64,000 nucleotides of DNA from Octopus sinensis. Lineage: Eukaryota. The stretch is taken from assembly GCF_006345805.1 (NCBI RefSeq), contig NC_042999.1, positions 31,248,001 through 31,312,000 of the forward strand. Direction: 5' to 3'. The notes under the pieces were generated by a model. That model made no database searches. It was given only the letters and a program-made list of their open reading frames with translations, and was not told the origin of the DNA. The first letter of the stretch is position 1. The number at the start of each line of letters is the position of its first letter. A program made the translations under genes and the position numbers. Shown in pieces: positions 38,482 to 52,974 of the stretch.

Positions 38482-41189
38482 ATTTTCTTATAATCATTAG
38501 CAGTAGTAATCAGAATAGCAGCAGTAGTAGTTGTAGTAGATGTTGCTTACTATTTGGTCGTGACATTACGTTCTTTAAAATGGTTCTGTTTTGGAATACG
38601 TTTTTTGGCTCCATTTTCAAGAAATGAATGACACATCTCCATCATTTCTCTACCATGTACGAAATTAAAGGTAGTTTGTATGTTGTTGATTTTTGCACTC
38701 AACTTTTGGCGCAAATTAAATAGAAATTTTATCTGTTTTTTCCAGTTGACATTCAATGCAAATTATCTAAAAGTGAATCAAAAAAGAAAAAAAAACAATT
38801 GAATAAATATGTTTCCCCCTCTGCACAGAAAGAACGCATTAGACTAATAAAATATAGAAAATACTGAAAATTAGAATATAAACGTTTTGAGAAAAGAATG
38901 GAGAATGATATTTTTGTGGCATAGGTGAGGACAAGAATTTCAAACGTTAAATACATAACATATTCTACTTAACAATTGTGTCATTGAATGAGAAGTTTTA
39001 AGTATAACCAAGATCTAGGCGGAAGAACATGAGTCATATAGTTGATAAGGAGGGCGTTGATAAAACTCCATTTCATAAAGATTGGGCGGTATTTTGATAT
39101 ACACAACGGAGTTAGACTCCGACACAATCTTGTTTAAAACAGCGTATATAAACGTACCATAGTGACTGTGTAGCCCATAGAAGTGATGGCAGGAAAACAT
39201 GTGAGATAGGGTTAGTTATACAGCTGCACATATGCTTACATCGCAGTGCAAGGAATAGTGCAGTCCAAGGGTACTAAAATGTATAGTGAGTGATTTGGAG
39301 CCACATGTATATTGCAGCGCTTATAACGCAATGTGGGCGAGTTGATGAGATCGAACAATTGGGAGTTGGACGAGTTCGCATATTCCTATGTTATCATGAG
39401 GATTACGGAGTAATTCCCGTGATGCAGCCTTTGTGTATTTAGAACGACGATTACAAAGACTTGCTCTGCAAGGATGATATCCCGGATTTTATGTTTGTCA
39501 CGTCAAACGATATTTAGGGCTTAAAAGGTCACAGGTTTTAAAAAGATAAAGAAAGACGACAATGAGGGGCAGCGGAACCAGCAGTGGCAGCAACAATATA
39601 TCTCGAAGTTTACCACTGCGAATGCACTGACAATAGAATCAGTAGAAATGTAGATGGGCATTGCCAAAGCTAAACTCTTAAAGATAATATATCGCAAACG
39701 ATAGCTAAATATGTGAAACAGAACCTGTTTAGTAAAAAAAAGAAAAAGAAATGAAGGAAAGTAAAAATAATATAACGAGGTAGACGAGATGAAAAGGAAA
39801 GCAAAATATATGAAGTATATCATTACTTAGGATGATATTGAGCGCGTGTAAGTTAGATTGAGAAATATGTACTTCATATTGGAAATGATCATCGATAAAC
39901 TCGAAAATGGTAAGACACAAAGTACAAGTTAACTATGGAATCTTGATAATACCTTTAATAATTTAATTTGGCATAAAACGGAAACATCTCCAAACGGTTT
40001 ATATTTAACATGGCCATCCCCAAAATATCATTGGTAAGTGTGAGTATATGGTTTTAATATGCAAAACTCATTTCTCATCACGTCGAATAAAATGTAATAC
40101 TTCTTTACCAAACAAAGAATGAACGGAAACTGCTAAAAGAAATCACGGAAGGAGAAGGGAGTTGCAATCTGAAGAGTAAAAAGTCGATATCAGATGAGTG
40201 TGTGGAACGCGTAAGCAAAATAGTATATATAAAACCATACCAATGGTTTATTCACAGCAAAGATGCAGCTTTTTAGAGGATGCTGAAGTCTTCTTGATGC
40301 TCAAGTCCTACATCAAAACGTCTGACGCGACAATCGAGTGTAATATATTCTTAAATGTGACAGTTAACCAATGTCGTGGCCTGCGTTGATCCAGGCAAGA
40401 TGGCAGATTCTCAACCGGAGTTAGGTTACCAGTTTTTTTTAAATTCTTTTTATTTGAATAATGTCTTAGTTTATTATTGTACGTTATATACAGTTTTATA
40501 CATAATACATCTTTAATTTTTACTCAATAATGAATATGGTCCTTATAATTTTGTCTTGTACAAACCCATATAACCAGATGTTTTCTTTGCACATTTCAAT
40601 ATTTTTCTTCTTGTAAATTCGTACTAACGTATGTATTCATATATGTAGTCTTATTAATATTGCTGAAGTGCTCACCAATATGGTGATTATTTTAAAGAAA
40701 CTGCACAAATATACAATGGGAAATTACTATATAGTCCACTTCAGGCAACATTGGGTCTAATATGTTTCATTCTCAATAGAAGCAGAACATAAGAGTCCTG
40801 AATGGTGAGAACTATGACAGAATGGTGGTTCTGCCCACGCGGGAGAAAACATATTTAAAAATACTTTTTGTATCGGAATATGTTGTCTTCATTATTTGAT
40901 TTATTATTTCTTGAGTTTAGTCGGTTCATTATACAACGCCCTCAGTGCTTCCTTATTATTAATCAAATAAGCTTGTTTGTCCAGTCCGTGTGAGGCTGGA
41001 CAAATGATAAGTTGCCACCCTCTATGATTATAATATTGCGCATTGTAGGTGCAAAACATGGCTAAATTGGAACCTGACTACCACTACCACTAATTTTAAA
41101 TGCATCCTCATCCTCATCATTGTTGTTGTTGTTATTATTATTAATATTAGTAGAAGCAGTTGTTGCAGTAGTAGTAATGATGTTCCATG

Positions 41190-41340
41190 ACAGTCGAGAT
41201 GTTTTCGGAGAAACTCTTGTGATAATAGCTATTAGATCGATTTACGATCTACGTTTCACAGACACCGAGGTCATGTTTGTCTTTCAACTTACCGAGTTCA
41301 ATAAATTAATTTCCCATTAAGTATTGGTGTTGATTTAAAC
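41190..41340 (+). mobile_element. Highly degenerate SINE type A remnant
   Basis: ccgaggtcatgtttgtctttcaacttaccgagttcaataaatt resembles the type A central domain. Confidence 0.4.
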
Positions 41341-42214
41341 GACTGTGATCTTCTGAAATTGTATAGCCTTTTGTCAATGTAATATGAAAATTATTATTTC
41401 TTTTATTATTCGTATTGTTATTAATATTGTAAATACTGATTTCAATTACGAGTTCTGATTAGAATTTCCTTCAAGACTTTCCAATAAATCACGCTTCCAA
41501 AAGTAAGTTCTATAGTAAATAGTTGGTCGATTCTGTTCTACCCCTGTATTTTCGCGTAAGATCTCGTATAATACATCAATATTTGAGGTGATGTTACTTA
41601 CGTTGCAATTTGGCGCATTATATAATATTACACTCAGGAAAATCATCTAAGGTGAGATACATTCTGTCCAGAAAATAATTCAGTTTGACAACAAACTTAA
41701 AATAATGTAATAACAATGTGTTATTATACTCAAGTATCTGAGGATTTCAAGTTACTTTACTTCATCTGTTATGTGTAAATTGAAGTAAGTTGATACTTAC
41801 AAAATTTGTAATTGTTTATGAAAATAGCATAAGAATAACGTAGAATCTATCAGTTGTGTTACAATAAGGAGGATGGAAGGAAGGTAGCAATAAGAATTGA
41901 TACTAGTCGCAACCGAAGCGAAATATTTGACAGCAACAAAAATATTTGCAAACAACACTTGCAATACTAACCAGTGTTCTGTCCAAATTTACTTTTCCAC
42001 TGAGGCGTGCTGGGGGAAAATATCGTATGAAGGAATATATAAATATTATATTGTATTAATCTGAATGTTTTACAGAAGCTCTACAATGTTGCTCTAAATT
42101 TCATGCTTATACGGTTTCTGTTGCTCCAGCAGGTGCAGTTTTCTATAAGGGGAGATGTTACATCTCATTTAAATAAACGTGGTAAAATAAATATGAACGT
42201 CCACATTGGTGTTG

Positions 42215-42360
42215 CAGTTTGCTTCCCAACTACATAGTTCCGGGTTCAGTCCCACTGAGTGGCACCTTGAGCAAGTGTCTTCTACTCTAGCCTCGGGCCG
42301 ACTAAAGCCTTGTGAGAGGATTTGGTAGACGGAAACTGAAAGAAGCCCATCGTATATATG

Positions 42361-42423
<63 letters not shown>

Positions 42424-42642
42424 TGTGTGTGTGTGTGTGTGTGTTTGTGTGTATGTGTTTGTCCCCCCAAAACAGCTTGACAACCGATGCTGGTGTGTTT
42501 ACGTCCCCATAACTAGGCGGTTCGGCAAAAGAGACCAATATAATAAGTACTAGGCTTACAAAGAATAAGTCCTGGGGTTGATTTGCTCGACTAAAGGCGG
42601 TGCTCCAGCATGGCCGCAATCAAATGAGTAAAAGAGTAAAAG
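42215..42642 (+). mobile_element. SINE type C
   Basis: ttccgggttcagtcccactgagtggcaccttgagcaagtgtcttctac...gaaactgaaagaagcccatcg-(TA)n(GT)n-...gctccagcatggccgcaatcaaatga. Confidence 0.92.
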
Positions 42643-44271
42643 ATTAAGCCCTGTGTTTCTAGCCCAAGGGAATCGGTACTAAGGTCAATTAGAACTTCAA
42701 AATACCTTCCAAAATATAGAACTATGTCAAGCCACAAATGAAATTATGTTTCTCCCAGCAGACATGCATCCAAACAGTAGCTATTGGTATTGCTCTTCCC
42801 TCTAGAGGAAGCACTTGAAATATATTCACTAGTTACAGCATTCAATCATGCAACGATTAACAAGCAATTAAGACTCTCCCGTATTAATATTTCCATAGAT
42901 AAATATGTAATGAGGCTGGACTTGGGAATTACTTTAAATATCCGCTAGAAGCGACGTAGCGGTACCAAACTCAGGTTTCCGAAAGGAAAAAAATTATAAT
43001 AATCTGCTATGTATGCTTTTACAATCAACGAATACGGACATGTCCGCATTTAAAGATATTTTTCAAGGCATAAATTATGTGTATATTCAACGCAGAAATT
43101 ATTATCCACACGTGTAAGGGAAGATGTTAGCAATATTATTATTATTAATTCAAAAGTCTAGATGTATTTATTGTTATAAACTTTGAAATCTCTGGCAATA
43201 AAATATCAAGTCCATGCATTTGTATATACGTACGTAATGCATACGTGGATGCATACATACATAGATACAAACATACAGACAGACAGACAGCCATAATGCA
43301 TCCATATATACATACTGATATGCATACTAGAGAAATGGAGCAAACGTTGGTTAGTTGGAGGGTGGTGATTGATATATGACATGTAAATCACAAATAAATT
43401 ACAAAACATTGATGACTAGTATAGTCTGACACCTAATTAGTTGCTCCTGTGGGATGCAATCTTATAAGTTATTTTCAAATGTGTATTTCAATAGTATTTT
43501 TGTTTGACTCTATTGAGTGGATCAAATAATATATAAATTATTAGCAAGGATTTTATAAGTATTAAATTTTAATGATAGTCTAGGAGGGAAAAGCAGTGCA
43601 AGGAGGAAAAAATTTATATTAGGTTACAAGTGTGCGATTGCTAGAGGTATATAGAAATACCCACACATATACAGGCAGAGAATCAAACACACCATAACAC
43701 ACACACAGAAACACATACACACAAGTAAATATATGCTTGCAAACACATATATGTCAATGCAAATGTAAGAAATGAAGAATAACAAACATGTAAACAGCCA
43801 TTTAGAAAACTACTTGAGAAATCTTGACACTAACAAAGGTTACACTACAACAATTTTCTTTATACAAATATGTGTATACATATTCACACACCAACACACA
43901 AAATGCTCGCACGCATACACACTATAATACATACCTTGGCACAGAGGTATACAAGCAAAAATGATACCAAGTCAAACAAATAAAAGTGTTACTTAAATGT
44001 AAAAGTACATTATGTTTACGTGCACATACAGATAAATATTATACACACACATGTATATGCATATATATAAAAATATATAAGAAGAATACATGTATATTTA
44101 CATACACCCCTGTATATGCACACGTACACACGCACATACACACATACACAGATTGCCTACAATTTCTCTGATGCTGCTGTGCATCGTTAAGCAGCTAGAA
44201 GAGATTTCCTCTTGGGATTAAAAAAATCGCAGTATCCGTTCGAACAGACAGCTATGTTGAAGTGACGGCAT

Positions 44272-44490
44272 AATTCATTTGTGCTCAAGGCACGAGGCCC
44301 AAAATTTTGGGGGAGAGGAGTTCAGTCGATTAGATCGACACCAATACGCAGCTAGTACTTAATTTATCGACACCAAATGGATGAAAGGTAAAGGCGCCAT
44401 CGGTGGAATTTTAACTCAGAACTTAAAACGAACGAAATAACGCTAAGCATTTCACCCGACATGTCATCTTTTCTGCCAGCTCGCCGCCTT
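44272..44490 (-). mobile_element. SINE type A
   Basis: Plus strand ...tagtacttaatttatcgacaccaaatggatgaaagg...taactcagaac...gctaagcatttc...ttctgccagctcgccgcctt. Confidence 0.85.
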
Positions 44491-44651
44491 GCAGTGGCTA
44501 CATACGTTACTTGTTAGTACAACTACTGTGTTTATCTCTTAGTGAAATTGTAGAAGTAGTAATTTTTCTTGCTGCAAAATCAGCGATTGTATGTTGCTTG
44601 AAATATTATTGCGGGCAAAAGCGAGCTCCTGCCATCTCTAGCAGGCGAGGT

Positions 44652-44705
44652 GTCCAGTACTGAAGAGGGGCAGGAATAGCACGAAACCAGACTAGTCTGT
44701 TGGAC
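44652..44705 (+). ncRNA. Type I hammerhead ribozyme motif (minimal, short-stem-III class), slightly degenerate
   Basis: Stem I GTCCAGTA (44652-59) / TGTTGGAC (44698-705), 8 bp including 2 G-U; core CTGAAGA (44660-66); stem II GGGC/GCAC with one mismatch; GAAA (44683-86); stem III AC/GT around CAGACTA; cleavage triplet GTC (44695-97). Confidence 0.72.
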
Positions 44706-45651
44706 CCATTGCTATAAGTTGGCAAGGGTTCGCTCCCCTGCTCTCAATAACTTGAATGCAGCTAGAGGATATGTCCACGTGGAGTTTAAAGAATCGCAGT
44801 AAAGTCCTAAAGCTTTAGAGCAGCAATATAAAAATTAGCCCGCTGCAACTCATTTGAATATCAACACCGCCGGAGTTGAAATACCCACGCGATAGTCATC
44901 CTAGTCATCTTTTAGTCGAGTTTTGTCTATGATATATGTAAATGTCTTCTAGAAAGTGGATAAAATATTACATTATCAAAGCACTAAAATGTTCTACCTG
45001 TTAAAATTCATTGATAGAGAGTGTAACGTTCAGTGTTTCAGTCTCTAGTTCTGTAAAAATTTAATCTCAGCTGAATTGATGCGAAAATATTGATATATTT
45101 TCCATTGGTTCAGATGTCATACGTTTACGAACTAGAAAAATGGGATTTTCTGAACTTTAATTTTGTTTCGAAATGCGTCTTTTGCGAGGGAATCCTAGAA
45201 ACAGAAGTTAAAACCTGAATTCTGAGTCAAGGAAACGTCAGTACAAGCACCCACAAAACTCAAATAGCTACACCATAAATGTAGACTCGCTAGCATTTCC
45301 TCTTGAAAATGTCATTTATATAAAGGCCATGACATTTAATTATTGTCGTGTATTTTCGTTACAGAACAACGCCTTTTATATGATGACAACAGGAAAATAA
45401 TTTAAAATGATGTATTTGCAGCAAATTCTATTTCCTAAATCTGTGAATTCGCTATTTTTAATTTGCAGCTAACAAGCCAAATGTTACAAATTTCGGAATT
45501 ACGAAAAAGCGTCATATAGAGATTCGTGCCTTTAACAATGTGCAAAATGAAAAAGATTGTATCTCTGTATACTGGTTCTTCAAAGCTCGTTTCCGATTCA
45601 CCAAAATGATATTAATTGTGGCTGCTGTCAATAGAGCATATCATAGAACGT

Positions 45652-46040
45652 AGTGGAGGCGCAATGGCCCAGTGGTTAGGGCAGCGGACTCGCGGTCGTA
45701 GGATCGTGGTTTCGATTCCCAGACCAGGCATTGTGAGTGTTTATTGAGCGAAAACACCTAAAGCTTCACAAGGCTCCTACAGGGGGTGGTGGTGAACCCT
45801 GCTGTACTCTTTCACCACAAATTTCTCTCATTCTTACTTCCTGTTTCTGTTGTACCTGAATTTCAAAGGGCCAGCCTTGTCACTCTCTGTGTCACACTGA
45901 ATCTCCCCGAGAACTACGTTAAGGGTACACGTGTCTGTGGAGTGCTCAGCCACTTGCACGTTAATTCCACGAGCAAGCTGTTCCGTTGATCGTATCAGCT
46001 GGGACCTTCATCGTCGTAACCGACGGATTGCTCCTATACT
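45652..46040 (+). mobile_element. Full-length SINE type B with tail 1 and a perfect 14-bp TSD
   Basis: TSD atatcatagaacgt at 45638-45651 and 46041-46054; tRNA-like head ggaggcgcaatggcccagtggttagggcagcggactcgcggtcgtaggatcgtggtttcgattccc. Confidence 0.95.
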
Positions 46041-47040
46041 ATATCATAGAACGTGTCTACACTCATGAGTCACATGACATCGTTAAAACCATCAACATGA
46101 CTGGTAGATAAAATAAGATGATTGTGTATATATTATCTTTGGTGTTAGACTTGGGATTTCATGATTTTTACCTTTGTATGAAATGTATAGAAGTTCTGTA
46201 GTGTGGTCATTTCTAAAAATAATTCTCTGCTTCAACAGTTGCACAGCTCTATTAATGTTAGAAATAATACTTTACTAATATGTAATAACACAGACAGTGC
46301 GATATGCTAAATACCTCATTATTGACGCAACCGTGCAAGCCGCTCTTCCACGGCTGTATGCTTAATTCAACTACCTCCGAAAATATCAAGCACAAGGTCA
46401 CATAGTACCAAATAGATGTAGGTCCATATTCTGTCATGTATATTAGACATACTGCATTATTGCTTTTGTGATCCAAATAACCTGAAATAAAGTAATTGTT
46501 TGTTTCCTTATGATGATTTCGCATTGAACACTTAACATATCCATTTTTTAAATACATTGTTTAGGTAAGTTATTCTAGGAAAAAATTAACATTGTACAGC
46601 TAAAATTAAATGTTGAGTCTCTATCATTCATTCAGTATTTAAAAAACGGTGTTGGCCTTTTCATGTTTAACCAGCCATGAAAAAAAGACGGTATAGCGTT
46701 TTTTTTTTCTTTCTCAATTCATTACTTAATAGTACTTTAGATTGTGTTTTCATTCCATATGTAATTGCTGTGTAGTCTTGATCTCAACAATTCTCTTCAG
46801 TCCAAAATTACATATATAAAGAAACGAGACTTTAATCAGTAGGTAATTTCATTATTTTAAATATATTCCTAGAAATACGGTTTCTCGTTCATTGTTTATG
46901 TTTGAATGTTAATTTCTTGCCTTTTCACCAGAATAGATTGGCTAATACGTATGATTAGTTACCTCAATGTTACCGTATCAAATGAGTATCTTTTTTCATT
47001 CTTCTCCCAAAGATCTTCAAATTAGTATCTTGTAAATCTA

Positions 47041-47250
47041 GGGCTGCGAGCTGGCAGAGTCTTTACCATCCCGAGCGAAATGCTTCCCGGTATTTGGTCC
47101 GCCTTCATTTTCTGAGTTCAAATTTCGCTTCGGTCAACTTTGTCTTTCATCCTTCCGGTATCAATAAAATAATTACTTGTCGAATTCTGGGTTTGATGGA
47201 ATGAACTTACCCCACTCCCCTGAAATTGCTGGCCTTCTGCCAACATTTCA
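47041..47250 (+). mobile_element. SINE type A, diverged
   Basis: gcgagctggcagagtc..gcgaaatgcttcccggtattt..ctgagttcaaatttcgcttcggtcaactttgtctttcatccttccggtatcaataaa. Confidence 0.82.
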
Positions 47251-47385
47251 AACTGTATGCGATTGGTATTACCAGCATTACCCATGAAATATTTTCCAAA
47301 GGTTTAATATAGAATATCAGCCATTTAAAAAAGTATTCAATATTAGGAATATTCAAAAATAAACAATGAACGAGAAGCCATATAT

Positions 47386-47750
47386 TAGGTGCAGGAGTGG
47401 CTGTGTGGTAAGTAGCTTGCTTACCAACAACGTGGTTCCGGGTTCAGTCCCACTGCATGGCATATTGGGCAAGTGTCCTCTACTATAGACTCGGGCCAAC
47501 CAAAGCCTTGTGAATGGAATTAGTAGACGGAAACTGAGAGAAACCCGTCGCATATATATATTCAACATCGCTTGACAACTGAAGCCTGGTGTGTTTACGT
47601 ACCAGTAATTTAGGGGTTCGGAAAAATTGAACGATAGAACAAGTACTACGATTACAAAGAATAAGTCCTGGGATCGATTTACTCGACTAAAGGTGGTGCT
47701 CCAGCATGACCGCTCTCAAATGACTGGAACAATTAAAAGAATAAAAAATA
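47386..47750 (+). mobile_element. SINE type C with collapsed internal microsatellite
   Basis: aggtgcaggagtggctgtgtggtaagtagcttgcttaccaac..gggttcagtcccac...gtcctgggatcgatttactcgactaaaggtggtgctccagcatg. Confidence 0.92.
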
Positions 47751-48319
47751 TATAACTTCCATACGAAAAAGAGCTAGAAAGAATTATGGTGAGGAGATAT
47801 AGATTCCCTAGAAATGCAGAGGTACTTTAATATATTGTATTTATTTCAATATGGCTGTGTATTTGATATATTATATTTTACATGGCATAACAGAAATGTT
47901 GCTGCTGTATTAATGTGCATAGTTTATTGACAGTTCCTCCAATATTCTCAAGTGTGATATGGTGTCCAATATTTTTGACAATGAATTCCTACTAAACTAA
48001 GATTTGTCTTTCATTTTTTTTTTCATTTGCAGTTCTCAATAACTGTTCAGTTTGCCAATAATTAGCCTTAGAATCAATGAATAAGATTTCAATAACGCTA
48101 TTCTCATAGGAAAATAACATTTTCCAAACACAGCAGGCCTGTTAAGTGTAAAAGTTTGAGTTTATCTAACACAAAGAGGCAGACACACACACATATACAC
48201 ACACACGCGCGCGCAAACACACACACACACTAATTTGAATCCCTGCTACCCAAAAGTGCACCACCGTCACCTACAAGAGAGATTTTTCGTGGTTGGTGGA
48301 ACAGCTAAACATACAAGAC

Positions 48320-48680
48320 ATTTTTTCAAAGAACATACAAATAGAAACTCGTTGGGAGGAAAAGGTCTGGACAGCACGGAAGGCGGGGGATAGTTTCGAA
48401 CCCCTTCTCTGTTAAGTAGTTGGTTACCATGATGGAACTGTGCATAGGTACATTGTCCTGGTACAGACGATGAGATCTTTTAGATGAAAGCACTTCCCAA
48501 AACTCCCTCAAACCCTCTATGAAGTACTATGTATGGCCTTCCGGCTAGAGAGATCCCAGTGGGTTTGGAAGATGGCTTTTCAGTTGATAATAGGGATCAC
48601 CGTGAGCTTCCTGGTGGATATGCTTTGCGTCCCCTTCTTGTGGCGGCGAAACGCAGTTCTTCGTCTCATGCAAGCTAATC
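48320..48680 (-). pseudogene. Mariner (Tc1/mariner) transposase catalytic-domain fragment, decayed
   Basis: Minus-strand translation (with frameshifts and stops) KKGTQSISTRKLTVIPIIN*KAIFQTHW...YFIEGLREF...LYQDNVPMHSSIMVTNYLTEKGFETIPRLPCCPDLF matches the mariner motifs HQDNAPxH and HPPYSPDLAPxD. Confidence 0.85.
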
Positions 48681-49759
48681 GATAAACAATTGGTGTATTG
48701 CAATCTGTGTATAGCGATTTTGCCCTATTTAACACATAAGAGACTAGAAAGTTGAGCTATATTACTTCAAACTGCACACAAACGACTGAAAAATATAACA
48801 TTTGATATTTAATTATGGAAATAAGATGGTATGCATTATCATACTAATAAAATTTTTGTGAAGTATATATTTTGTCTTACAATATGTTATATTAAAAGGA
48901 ACCTGATGTTTTGTGCAAGCCAGATGTATATATTTTTCAGTTTCAACTGTATAGGTGGATAAATGTTTAAATTTCTTTTCAGCAAACTCGTCTCCTGTGG
49001 GCGGTTTATATGAATCCTCTGTGATTGCTAATCAAGGAAGAATTATGTCTGTTTACACCTCTTGATGAGTGAGACATTGAATGAGAAAATTGCTTGAATA
49101 CTGAAGAATTTGTAGACAAGGTGCTTCAAACGATTTGTACGTTTTATTGCCAACGTCATCTTGTTTCTGTTTTAGGTTTTCGAATTACTACTACTAGTGC
49201 AACTGCTACTACTACTGCTGCCGCTGTTGCTGCTAATACTACTAGATGGTACTGCTGCTACAACTCGAGCTTGTCGTGTTGGTGGTGATTGCTATGCAGT
49301 AAGTGCAGGAAAGCAGTGAAAATATGATTTTCATAATAAATAGGGAAACGATTTTTTAGGGAAATATGATCATTATATTATATAAATGTAGTTTTAAGAA
49401 AATATATTTCTCTCCAAATATAAATGCTGGCTCATAGCAAAATCATTCCTGGGAGCTATATGTCAAACGTAGTGGGTTCAACGAAACGAGTAAAGTCCTA
49501 AATAACACTAAACTGAATAGGAATGACGAAAAAGGAAAACAAACAATACATGACACAAAGTATTCATGCAGTGACGCCTTAGATGCTCGGTGGGAGCTGA
49601 TTTAAAAGGATCTTTGATATCGAATGCATATAGGAAATATAAACAAAATCAGAACCTATTGATCGCACTTCAATTAAACGTTGTTTCATAAGATTTCACA
49701 CACTGCAACACATATACACAAATATATGCATTCAAACAAGCGTTAATAGTCAGTATCCA

Positions 49760-50520
<761 letters not shown>

Positions 50521-52052
50521 ATGTATAATACACGTATAATAAACATGTGAATTTCTAAAATGGATTCCGTCGTATACTTTGATGAATATGTGAATAGGTT
50601 ATATACATATAGAACAAGCTTAGATAACAAAGAGACAATCATATTCCGTTGCCTCAATCATGTGTGCATGAGCGTGAATTGAAATTTGAATTATGAACGT
50701 AATGAAATGAATACGAATAATTATAAAATTCCCGGGACACATGTTGTTTTGCTTTTTTACTCTCATACAATACGAGCACTTGGAAATCTACTTCTAAAAA
50801 CATTCATTGCATCACCTGGAGCATATATTGAAGCCATTGAGTTGAAAAGATAATATTAACGCCAAACTCAAACCTACATCCACACCAATCTCATACACTC
50901 TTATTCTATTACTCTGTAATGTTTCTGTTCATATATATATATATATATATATGGTGGTATGTATTTGCATATATGCATATATCTGTGTGTAATTCAACAT
51001 GAGCATAGATTTATTTATGCATACATACATACATTCATAAATATTACATTTTGAAATATATATATTCTATGATTTTTTGGGGTTTTTTTTCCTCTTTTTG
51101 TAGGGTAGGGTGTTCTAAAATTCTTGTGATCTCGTATGTTGAAACAAATTTTGTTGTATCACGTGAGAGGCATAATATTTATAATATACACACGCACATT
51201 TTCAATATGCACACTGTTATACGTCTACACGTATTTAGATGCATATATGTACACTGCAAAATTTATAAATTGCTCCACTGAATGATTGCTGAATGAATGG
51301 ATTAATTTCTTGGGCTAATAGCTAAGTCATTAAAGAATAACAAAGCAGTGAAATTGAAGCAGTGAGCGTAATTTTTTATTGGCTTAATGACACACAGACA
51401 TACAATCAAATTTAGGTCCCCGTATAAAAGTACATATAGTTCGCATATGACAAAATACTCCATACATTCCCACAAAGACTAAATTCTATAATAATTAAGA
51501 TTGTTTGACATAAATAGTAATTAAACAAATGTGGTATGTATTGCTCTCAAAAAATTATATTTCCAGGACTAGCACTTTTAGCAAAATATAATATTTTACC
51601 TAATTGTGAAAAGAATATAGACTGCCATATCATTAATACACAGTGGGTGGAAGATACGATTTCTCTCTACAAAGCATGGATAACTAATGAGGAATTACAT
51701 TTGATAACAAATACTTTCACAAATGAAGATTTAAAGCCTGAAGACTCATAATTTCTTTGCTTTCTCCAATCATCGTCACTTCAAAAGTTAAATTAACATG
51801 TTGCAGTAAACATTTCAAACTACACATAGAAATATATACGTAAATATATGTATATACAAAAACAAACAAGTTCACACATCCACACGCACACACACACACA
51901 CGTACACTCACGCCTACACGTACACACATCCACGCACGTATATACATATGCAGACATACACGTACATGTATATACATATATATATAACATATATGTATAT
52001 AATACATAAAAACACAGACACACATACATATATATATATATATATTATATAT

Positions 52053-52096
<44 letters not shown>

Positions 52097-52397
52097 TATA
52101 TTATATATATATTATTCCATTTAGTATATTCCTTTGTCTCATCCATTGCTTTAGATCGTGCTGAATTTTATTTTTATTTGAGAACATAATCCTTGTGGAG
52201 AATGGCGATTTGACGTCTATATCTAGCATGTTGACTGTCCACCTTTTCGTGTTCAGTCCTTAATTGGTATTTATATATATATATATATATATACAAACAT
52301 ATGTATACATATATGTATACACACATATATACACATACATGCATTTATACACACACACGTACACACACACACACACACACATATATATACCCATAAT

Positions 52398-52780
52398 TTG
52401 TGACACTCCGTCGGTTACGACGACGAGGGTTCTAGTTGAACCGATCAAGGGAACAGCCTGCTCGTGAAATGAACATGCAAGTGGCTAAGCACTCCATAGA
52501 CATGTATACCTTTAATGTAGTTCTGAGAGAGATCCAACGTGACACAGAGTTTGACAAGGCTAGCCGTTTGAAGTGCAGGTACAACAGAAACAGGAATAAA
52601 GAGTGGGAGAAATTTGTCATGAAAGATTACAGCAGGGTTCACCACCAGCCCCTGCCCTAGCCTCGTCGATCGTTAGTTGTTTTCGCTCAATAAAGACTCT
52701 CAACGCCCGGTCCTGGATTGAAACGGCGACCGTACGATTACTAGTCCGTTGCCCTAACCATTGGCCCATTGTGCCTTCAC
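52398..52780 (-). mobile_element. SINE type B with tail 1
   Basis: Minus strand gaaggcacaatgggccaatggttagggcaacggactag..ggtcgccgtttcaatccaggaccgggcgttg...ctcgtcgtcgtaaccgacggagtgtc; collinear with 45652-46040. Confidence 0.9.
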
Positions 52781-52934
52781 TTATATATATATATACGTAC
52801 ATATGTATATAGACCTAAATAGATTTTTATGTACATATATATATATATATATATATACTTCTATATTTCTCTCTATATATATGCATATCTTCATACATAT
52901 ATATACATATGTTCATACATATACATACATACAC

Positions 52935-52965
<31 letters not shown>

Positions 52966-52974
52966 CATGTATGA

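Noticed and set aside
45652-45725. tRNA-like sequences (also at 2709, 47386 and 52780)
   Set aside because: They have A/B boxes but continue into SINE bodies with tails and TSDs; no complete cloverleaf or acceptor stem, so not tRNA genes
46258-46557. 99-aa minus-strand ORF containing a plausible AG...GT-bounded segment (GYLDHKS...CVNNE)
   Set aside because: Peptide not recognisable and no compatible neighbouring exon found
51536-51751. 71-aa non-repetitive ORF
   Set aside because: Length within random expectation; no recognisable motif or splice support
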